Source: Hyphomicrobiales bacterium (GTDB lineage Bacteria; Pseudomonadota; Alphaproteobacteria; Rhizobiales; Aestuariivirgaceae). From it: DNA of 64,000 nucleotides. The translations under genes and the position numbers were made by a program. The stretch is taken from positions 31,369-95,368 of the forward strand of contig JBEIDW010000001.1 of NCBI GenBank assembly GCA_040383265.1, written 5' to 3'. Each line of letters begins with the position of its first letter. Within the stretch, counting starts at the first letter, position 1. Shown piece after piece: positions 57,652-64,000 of this stretch. The notes under the pieces were generated by a model. It saw nothing but the letters and a program-made list of their open reading frames with translations. It was not told the origin of the DNA and ran no database searches.

Positions 57652-60224
57652 CAGCCGACAATATTGGCGATGCGGCCCGGCACCACAATCACTTTCTTGA
57701 CGGGCCTGCCCTCCAGCGCGCGGGCGACGGAGTCGAGCTTCAGCACCAGCGCTTCTACCTCCTTCGGCGCCATGTCCTTGGCAACCGTGATCTCGTCCCG
57801 GCGCTTGCCATTGACCTGAACGGCGATCGTCACCTGATCATCCGCCACAAGGACCGGATCGGCCTTGGGCCAGGGCGTATCCACCACGAAGCCCGGCTTG
57901 CCCATGGCCTGCCAGCTTTCCTCCGCCAGATGCGGCATCATGGGGGCCGACATCAGCACCAGGAATTCGGCGGCTTCCTGCACCGCAGCCACATCCGCCT
58001 TGCCGCCCGCAAGGGCGGAGCCCAGCGCATTGGCCAACTCATAGATGCGCGCGATGGCGCGGTTGAAGCGAAGCGCGGAGAGATCATCCGTGACCGCATG
58101 CAGCGCCTTGTGCGCGGCGCGGCGCAGTTCAAGGCTTGCCAAAGCATCACTGCCACCCGCAAAGGCAACAGAATCGTTCACGAGGCGCCAGATGCGCTGG
58201 GTGAAGCGCCATGCACCTTCGGCGCCTGCTTCCGTCCATTCGATGTCACGCTCGGGCGGCGTATCGGACAGCATGAACCAACGCGCCGTATCCGCGCCAA
58301 AACGGGCGATGATGTCATCCGGGTCGACGACATTCTTCTTCGACTTCGACATCTTTTCGACACCGCCAATTTCCAGCGGCTCACCGGTCGTGGCATGCAC
58401 CCATTTGCCATCCTGGTTGACGGCATCGGACGGGAACACCCACTCACCGTTCAGTGTACGGAATGTTTCATGGATGACCATGCCCTGCGTGAACAGGCTG
58501 TCAAAAGGCTCCTTGATCGCGAGATGGCCTGTCGCCGTCATCGCGCGAGCATAGAAGCGCGAATAGAGAAGGTGCAGGATCGCATGCTCGACGCCGCCAA
58601 TATACTGGTCAACGCCCATCCAGTATTTCGCGGCTTCCTCGGTGACGGGCTCATCGGCATGGGGAGAGCAGAAACGCGCGTAGTACCAGGATGAATCGAT
58701 GAAGGTATCGAAGGTGTCTGTCTCGCGCCGCGCCGGCTTGCCGCAGGACGGGCAATCGACGTGTTTCCATGTGGGATGGTGCTCAAGCGGGTTGCCCGGC
58801 TTGTCGAATGTCACGTCTTCCGGCAGGGTGACAGGAAGTTGCGCTTTGGGAACCGGCACGATACCGCAGGAGGTGCAGTGGATGACCGGGATGGGGCAGC
58901 CCCAGTAACGCTGGCGCGACACACCCCAATCGCGCAAACGGTAGTTCACCTTGCGCTCACCAATGCCCATCTTCTCCATGCGGGATGCGATGTCTTGCTT
59001 GGCCTCGGGCACGCCCATGCCATTGAGGAATTCGGAATTAATGAGGACGGTGTTATCGCCCTCCTTTTCCACGAACGCTTCATCGCCCACCTCAAAGGTG
59101 GCCGCATCCGTGCCCTTGGGCGCAACCACCGGAATGACAGGCAGGCCATATTTCCGCGCAAAATCGAGGTCGCGCTGGTCATGCGCGGGGCAGCCGAAGA
59201 TCGCGCCTTCGCCGTAGCCCATGAGCACGAAGTTCGCGGCATAGACGGGAAGCCTCACGCCTTCACGGAACGGATGGCGGGCGTAGAGGCCCAGCGCATA
59301 GCCCTTCTTCTCGGCCCGCTCGATGGTTTCTTCCGAGGTACCAAGGGCCGCCACTTCGCGGCGGAAGGCGGAAAGGCCTTCGTTCTTTTCCGAGAGGCGC
59401 TTGGCCAGATCATGATCCGCCGAGATGGCGCAGAAGCTGGCGCCAAAGATCGTGTCATGGCGGGTCGTATAAACAGTCAGGCGCTCGTCCAGCAATTCGC
59501 CCGCTTCGTTTTCGAGCGCGAAGGAAAAACGCATGCCCTCCGAACGGCCAATCCAGTTCTTCTGCATCAGGCGCACTTTTTCCGGCCACTTGGTGAGACC
59601 GTCCAAGGCGGAGAGAAGTTCATCCGAATAAGCGGTGATCTTGAGGAACCACTGCGCGAGCTCGCGCTTTTCGACGAGCGCGCCGGAGCGCCAGCCGCGT
59701 CCGTCGATCACCTGCTCATTGGCAAGAACAGTGTTGTCCACCGGATCCCAGTTCACCAGCGAAACCTTGCGCTCGACAAGGCCTGCCTTCATGAAGTCGA
59801 TGAACATCGCCTGTTCATGGCGGTAGTAGGACGGATCGCAGGTGGCGATCTCGCGGCTCCAGTCCAGCGCCAGGCCCATGGACTGCAACTGGCGCTTCAT
59901 GGTGGCGATGTTGTCATAGGTCCATGATGCGGGGTGGATGCCGCGGTCGATGGCGGCGTTCTCGGCCGGCATGCCGAACGCATCCCAGCCCATCGGGTGC
60001 AGCACGTTGTAGCCAAGCGCCCGGCGGAAACGTGCGATCACGTCGCCCATCGTATAGTTCCGCACATGGCCCATGTGGATGCGACCCGACGGATAGGGGA
60101 ACATCTCCAGGACATAATACTTGGGGCGCGAAGTGTCTTCCCTGGCTTCGAAGCTCTTGTTCTCGGTCCAGTGCTTCTGCCAGCGCGGTTCGGCTTCGCG
60201 CGGGTTGTAACGTTCGGTGGTCAA
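57651..60224 (-). CDS. leuS: Leucine--tRNA ligase
   Basis: MFPYPSG.IHMGH, GWDAFG, KMSKS, VQVNGK; TTG start (TTERYNP); the track ORF is over-extended. Confidence 0.98.
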   Translation of the reverse strand: MTTERYNPREAEPRWQKHWTENKSFEAREDTSRPKYYVLEMFPYPSGRIHMGHVRNYTMGDVIARFRRALGYNVLHPMGWDAFGMPAENAAIDRGIHPASWTYDNIATMKRQLQSMGLALDWSREIATCDPSYYRHEQAMFIDFMKAGLVERKVSLVNWDPVDNTVLANEQVIDGRGWRSGALVEKRELAQWFLKITAYSDELLSALDGLTKWPEKVRLMQKNWIGRSEGMRFSFALENEAGELLDERLTVYTTRHDTIFGASFCAISADHDLAKRLSEKNEGLSAFRREVAALGTSEETIERAEKKGYALGLYARHPFREGVRLPVYAANFVLMGYGEGAIFGCPAHDQRDLDFARKYGLPVIPVVAPKGTDAATFEVGDEAFVEKEGDNTVLINSEFLNGMGVPEAKQDIASRMEKMGIGERKVNYRLRDWGVSRQRYWGCPIPVIHCTSCGIVPVPKAQLPVTLPEDVTFDKPGNPLEHHPTWKHVDCPSCGKPARRETDTFDTFIDSSWYYARFCSPHADEPVTEEAAKYWMGVDQYIGGVEHAILHLLYSRFYARAMTATGHLAIKEPFDSLFTQGMVIHETFRTLNGEWVFPSDAVNQDGKWVHATTGEPLEIGGVEKMSKSKKNVVDPDDIIARFGADTARWFMLSDTPPERDIEWTEAGAEGAWRFTQRIWRLVNDSVAFAGGSDALASLELRRAAHKALHAVTDDLSALRFNRAIARIYELANALGSALAGGKADVAAVQEAAEFLVLMSAPMMPHLAEESWQAMGKPGFVVDTPWPKADPVLVADDQVTIAVQVNGKRRDEITVAKDMAPKEVEALVLKLDSVARALEGRPVKKVIVVPGRIANIVG

Positions 60225-60332
60225 GGCTTTTGTCCTGTCGAAACGGATGGGCGTTCTGGCCTGTGCTGGTACCAGTCCTTGAAAAGCCCTGCAAGCTTGG
60301 CCTAAAGCTGCGCCTTTACAGGAGTTTTGGGA

Positions 60333-60992
60333 ATGGTCCACGCCGGTCTGAAAAACGTTCTGAACGGGATTGTGCAGGCCGCCCAGGCAGCAGGCCGGGA
60401 CCCCTCCGGGGTAACCCTCATCGCCGTCAGCAAGACCTTCGATGCCCCTGAGATCGTACCCGTTATCGAGGCGGGGCAGCGGGTATTCGGCGAAAACCGC
60501 GTGCAGGAGGCCAAGGGCAAATGGCCGGAGCTCAGAATGCGCTGGCCAGACCTTGAACTGCATCTCATCGGCCCCCTCCAGTCCAACAAGGCGGCGGAGG
60601 CGGTGCAATTGTTCGATGCCATCCACACGGTTGACCGGCCGAAGATCGCCGAGGCAATCGGGAAGGAAATGCAAAAGCAGGGCAAAGCGCTGAAGCTTTT
60701 CGTGCAGGTGAATACCGGCCGTGAGCCGCAGAAAGCTGGAATCGACCCTGATGAAGCGGACGCTTTCCTGAAGACCTGCCGCGAGGATCATGGCCTCAAT
60801 ATCGCAGGGCTCATGTGCATTCCGCCGGTTGAGGAAGACCCTGCCCCGCATTTCCGGCTTCTGGCGGAGATTGCGCAGCGGAATGGCATTTCGGCGCTCA
60901 GCATGGGGATGAGCGGCGACTTCGCGGCGGCCATTGCCTGCGGCGCCACCCATGTGCGGGTCGGATCCGCCATTTTTGGCACACGCGGCTAA
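60333..60992 (+). CDS. yggS: PLP homeostasis protein YggS
   Basis: [43 protein letters not shown]. Confidence 0.96.
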   Translation: MVHAGLKNVLNGIVQAAQAAGRDPSGVTLIAVSKTFDAPEIVPVIEAGQRVFGENRVQEAKGKWPELRMRWPDLELHLIGPLQSNKAAEAVQLFDAIHTVDRPKIAEAIGKEMQKQGKALKLFVQVNTGREPQKAGIDPDEADAFLKTCREDHGLNIAGLMCIPPVEEDPAPHFRLLAEIAQRNGISALSMGMSGDFAAAIACGATHVRVGSAIFGTRG

Positions 60993-61513
60993 ATGACCAG
61001 CCGGGCCTTCCGGCCCACATGGGCGAGGATCGTCCGCATATCGCGCAGTGACACCGCGATGCAGCCCGCCGTGGGGCCGCCATCCGACTGGCGGAGGTGG
61101 AAGAACACCGCACTGCCATGGCCCTGAACCCGCGGGCGTTCATTGTGAGAAAGTTCAACAACGATATCGTAGAGATGATCGGCGCGCTGCATGGTTTCAT
61201 GCGATGTAGCGTAAGGAATGCGGACAAGGCGGTTGTAATTCCTGTCGCCCACCGTTTCGCACCAGCCATCATGGACGCGCATGACGAGGGGCTTTAGGCC
61301 GGTACGCGGCGGCATGATGCGGTCAGCCCGGTAAAACAGGCGCCTGAGCCCCCAGGATCCCCTGGGGCTTGCGCCGTCGCCCTCGCGCTTGATGTGGCGC
61401 GCGCCTGATCGGCCGAGCGAACAGGGAAAGGCCAATTCCCCCAGCTTGAGGATGCCACGTGTGGCGCGCGGGCTGATCGCATAAACACGGAGGGTGCTGA
61501 CGGGCAGGGTCAC
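60989..61513 (-). CDS. L,D-transpeptidase (YkuD-like) family protein
   Basis: KREGDG..P.G, GSAVFFH...TAGC.A catalytic His/Cys; start uncertain. Confidence 0.85.
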   Translation of the reverse strand: MTLPVSTLRVYAISPRATRGILKLGELAFPCSLGRSGARHIKREGDGASPRGSWGLRRLFYRADRIMPPRTGLKPLVMRVHDGWCETVGDRNYNRLVRIPYATSHETMQRADHLYDIVVELSHNERPRVQGHGSAVFFHLRQSDGGPTAGCIAVSLRDMRTILAHVGRKARLVI

Positions 61514-61628
61514 GGAAACATGCTTTGGACTTGAAAAGGACAAACGGCATCCTAACATTGACCTTCCGGGGAACAAGCGATTTCAATGACTTCCCCTTCG
61601 ACGGCGCGCCAAGAAACAAGGTCTTTTG

Positions 61629-62315
61629 ATGAGCACCACCAAGAAGATCATCATCATCGATGACGATGACCTGCTGCGGGACACCCTGATTGAACAATTC
61701 GCGCTGCATGAGGAATTCGAGGTGAGCGAGGCAGCGGCGGCGGGAGACGGAATCAAGTCACTGAAGGCCGGCCATGCCGACCTTGTCATTCTAGATGTAA
61801 ACCTGCCGGACATGGACGGCCGAGAGGCCTGCAAGATCATCCGCCGCAATGGCTACAAGGGCCCGGTGATCATGCTCACCGCCCAGAGTTCGGAGGCCGA
61901 TACGATTCTTGGGCTTGATTCGGGTGCCAATGACTATGTGACGAAGCCATTCCGCTTCGCCGTGCTGCTGGCACGGATCCGGGCGCATTTGCGGCAGAAC
62001 GAGCATAGCGAGGACGCCGTGTTCAAGCTGGGGCCCTATACGTTCAAACCCTCCGCCAAGCTTTTGGTGCGCGAGGACAACGGCAAGATCCGCCTGACCG
62101 AAAAGGAAACAGCCATCATCAAGTTCCTCTTGCGGGCGGGCGAGCAGATCGTGAGCCGGGAGGTCCTGCTGCAGGACGTGTGGGGCTACAATGCGTCCGT
62201 CACGACCCATACGCTCGAGACACATGTCTACCGCTTGCGCCAGAAGATCGAGCGAGACCCCTCCCACGCCGAAATTCTGGTGACAGAGGGGGGCGGCTAC
62301 AAGCTGATCCCCTGA
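61629..62315 (+). CDS. cenR: OmpR-family response regulator, probably CenR/OtpR
   Basis: DDD, LDV.LPD.DG, KPF, LTEKE, VWGYN..VTTHTLETH.YRLRQKIE; synteny with the L,D-transpeptidase and cNMP-binding gene. Confidence 0.75.
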   Translation: MSTTKKIIIIDDDDLLRDTLIEQFALHEEFEVSEAAAAGDGIKSLKAGHADLVILDVNLPDMDGREACKIIRRNGYKGPVIMLTAQSSEADTILGLDSGANDYVTKPFRFAVLLARIRAHLRQNEHSEDAVFKLGPYTFKPSAKLLVREDNGKIRLTEKETAIIKFLLRAGEQIVSREVLLQDVWGYNASVTTHTLETHVYRLRQKIERDPSHAEILVTEGGGYKLIP

Positions 62316-62378
62316 GCTTGGCGTAACTGCCTGTCTCATGTAAGGAGTTGTCAGGCAACGGGGGTATGGGCGGGCTGC

Positions 62379-62846
62379 ATGAGCGTGAGGGCAGATGTCG
62401 AAACATTCCGCAACATTCCGATTTTTTCGGAGTGCGAACCCGCGCATGTTCAAATTCTGGCCTTTTCAGCCGTGCGCGAGACTTACGACGCGGGTGATGC
62501 CGTCATTCGCCAAGGCAAGCAGGATTCCGCCGCCTACCTGATCCTGAGCGGAAACGTTGAGCTGTCAACCGCCGAAACGGGTCCTTTAGGCTCCGCTGGG
62601 CCGGGGGCACTTCTGGGCGAAGTGGCCATGATCGGCGGGAGCCCCTATTCAGGAACAGCAATTGCGCTGGAATCCGTCACAGCAGCGCGCATCGATCGCT
62701 CGCTCTTCATGCGTGTGGCGGCTGAATTTCCGGAGTTCGGGACCGCCGTGTTCCGCGCGCTGGCCCGCAAACTTGAACGCTCGGTGAGCGAGCTTGCAAG
62801 AACCCGCGAGGGCTTCGAGAAAGCCCGCTCATTCGGCAGCCTATAG
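62379..62846 (+). CDS. Stand-alone cyclic nucleotide-binding domain protein
   Basis: IPIFS, QG.....AYLILSG.V, G..LGE.A; 155 aa, no HTH. Confidence 0.85.
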   Translation: MSVRADVETFRNIPIFSECEPAHVQILAFSAVRETYDAGDAVIRQGKQDSAAYLILSGNVELSTAETGPLGSAGPGALLGEVAMIGGSPYSGTAIALESVTAARIDRSLFMRVAAEFPEFGTAVFRALARKLERSVSELARTREGFEKARSFGSL

Positions 62847-63647
62847 GCTAAAGCTTGCCATCACCGGCACATGGTCAGATGGCTGCTGCCAGCCGCGCGC
62901 CTCGCGCAGAATGTCTATCTTCTTACAAGCAGGCGCAAGGCCGGGTGTTGACCAAATATGGTCCAGCCTACGGCCACGGTTGCTCGTATCCCAGTCCTTG
63001 GCGCGGTAACTCCACCAAGTATAGAGCTTCTCATCTGCCGGAACATGCTGACGCATGACATCAACCCAGTTGCCCTTCTTCTGAATGCGGAGAAGGCTCT
63101 CAGTTTCAATGGGCGTGTGGCTGACGACCTTGAGTAGCTCCTTGTGGGACCAGACATCATTCTCCATTGGCGCGATGTTGAGATCCCCCACCAGAATGCC
63201 TTCATGGCCCTTCGGCACGCAGCCCTTTTTGAACCAGGACTCCAGTTCGTCAATGAACTGCAGCTTGTGGGCGAATTTCTCATTGATCGCGGGGTCTGGC
63301 TCATCGCCGCCCGCGGGCACATAGAGATTATGGATGGTGACAGGCTTCCCGGCCGCAACCGTCACTGAGATGTGGCGGCAGTCTTCCTTGCCGCAGAATG
63401 GCTTGGTGGACTGAGCAAGGAACGGGCGGCGCGACAGGATGGCGACGCCGTGGTAGCCCTTCTGGCCAAATTCGGCGATGTGCTCATATCCCATTTCGCG
63501 GATGGGGCCGGAGGGGAACTGACCCTGCGGGCACTTCGTTTCCTGCAAGCACAAGACATCCGGCTTCCACTGCCCGAGAAGCTTGGTGACGAGTCCGATC
63601 CGGAGGCGGACCGAGTTTATATTCCAGGTGGCGACGGTAAGGCTCAT
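62841..63647 (-). CDS. xth: Exodeoxyribonuclease III
   Basis: TWNINS, LQETK, GYHGVA, GDLN, YTWWSYR, R.DH, SDH.P. Confidence 0.95.
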   Translation of the reverse strand: MSLTVATWNINSVRLRIGLVTKLLGQWKPDVLCLQETKCPQGQFPSGPIREMGYEHIAEFGQKGYHGVAILSRRPFLAQSTKPFCGKEDCRHISVTVAAGKPVTIHNLYVPAGGDEPDPAINEKFAHKLQFIDELESWFKKGCVPKGHEGILVGDLNIAPMENDVWSHKELLKVVSHTPIETESLLRIQKKGNWVDVMRQHVPADEKLYTWWSYRAKDWDTSNRGRRLDHIWSTPGLAPACKKIDILREARGWQQPSDHVPVMASFSL

Positions 63648-63713
63648 GGGTCTTGGGCATAGCCCCGCCGGCACGGCCAAGGCAAGTGCCACGCCACCTG
63701 AATGCTGCCCGTG

Positions 63714-64000
63714 TCAGGGCCCGTTCTTGTTCTTGCGATCGATCTTGACGACGAACAGCTTTGGGTCCGTCTTGATGCCAGCCTGTATGTTCTCGAGCGT
63801 CACCGTGGTGCGTCGGCCTTTACCATCGACAACCACCCATTGCTGGAGCGCGTTACGTGTTAGGTCATAGACGAGGGTGAGTTGGCCACTGCCCAGCGTG
63901 TTCTTCTTATCCTCGATGGTGACGGAAATGATGCCATCCTGCTGCTGAAAATCGAGGATGTTGGTATCCCGCGCGATGTCGACCTTGTCGGCAAGCACAA
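63714..64000 (-). CDS. lolA: Outer-membrane lipoprotein carrier LolA family, C-terminal part (runs off window end)
   Basis: G.LTL.YD....L.QW.V.D..G..T.V.L.N......DP.LF; usual position upstream of xth. Confidence 0.75.
   Translation of the reverse strand, partial: VLADKVDIARDTNILDFQQQDGIISVTIEDKKNTLGSGQLTLVYDLTRNALQQWVVVDGKGRRTTVTLENIQAGIKTDPKLFVVKIDRKNKNGP

Noticed and set aside
60225-60953. 243-aa N-terminal extension of LeuS
   Set aside because: Antisense to yggS; LeuS homology starts at ERYNP
1-64000. Prophage, IS, integron, CRISPR, tRNA/rRNA or anti-phage defence system
   Set aside because: No integrase, transposase, cas, phage structural or defence motifs seen; nearly all sequence is explained by metabolic and envelope genes

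Overview
High-GC alphaproteobacterial chromosome segment (gene order and protein sequences look Hyphomicrobiales/Rhizobiales-like; taxon is inferred). It is densely coding and mostly core metabolism: mltG'-fabF-acpP-(DUF4893)-fabG-fabD; an accessory amine/phosphonate block (PLP dehydratase, SDR, beta-hydroxyacid dehydrogenase, SSAT-like GNAT, acetylpolyamine-deacetylase-like HDAC, class III aminotransferase, Na/Pi cotransporter, phnY-phnA-phnW, LysR, nitrilase-family hydrolase); lemA-DUF2207; uup; TPP riboswitch-thiBPQ with divergent thiN; RlmD-like methylase; flavin amine oxidase; folD/DUF429/pyridoxal kinase/FAD oxidase; mcl-like lyase and mch; epmA/efp; htpG; yccA; tesA-ybbAP; pduO; etfBA-hbd; tlpA; argH-lptM-lysA-TIGR02302; holA-lptE-leuS; yggS; L,D-transpeptidase; cenR-like regulator; xth; lolA'. 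I saw no rRNA, tRNA, CRISPR array or transposase. The best candidates for something undescribed are (1) a structured, terminated ~155-nt non-coding RNA with C-rich loops between htpG and DUF2794, and (2) an acetylase/deacetylase plus aminotransferase module abutting the 2-aminoethylphosphonate catabolic operon. All calls come from reading motifs by eye; no database search was run.
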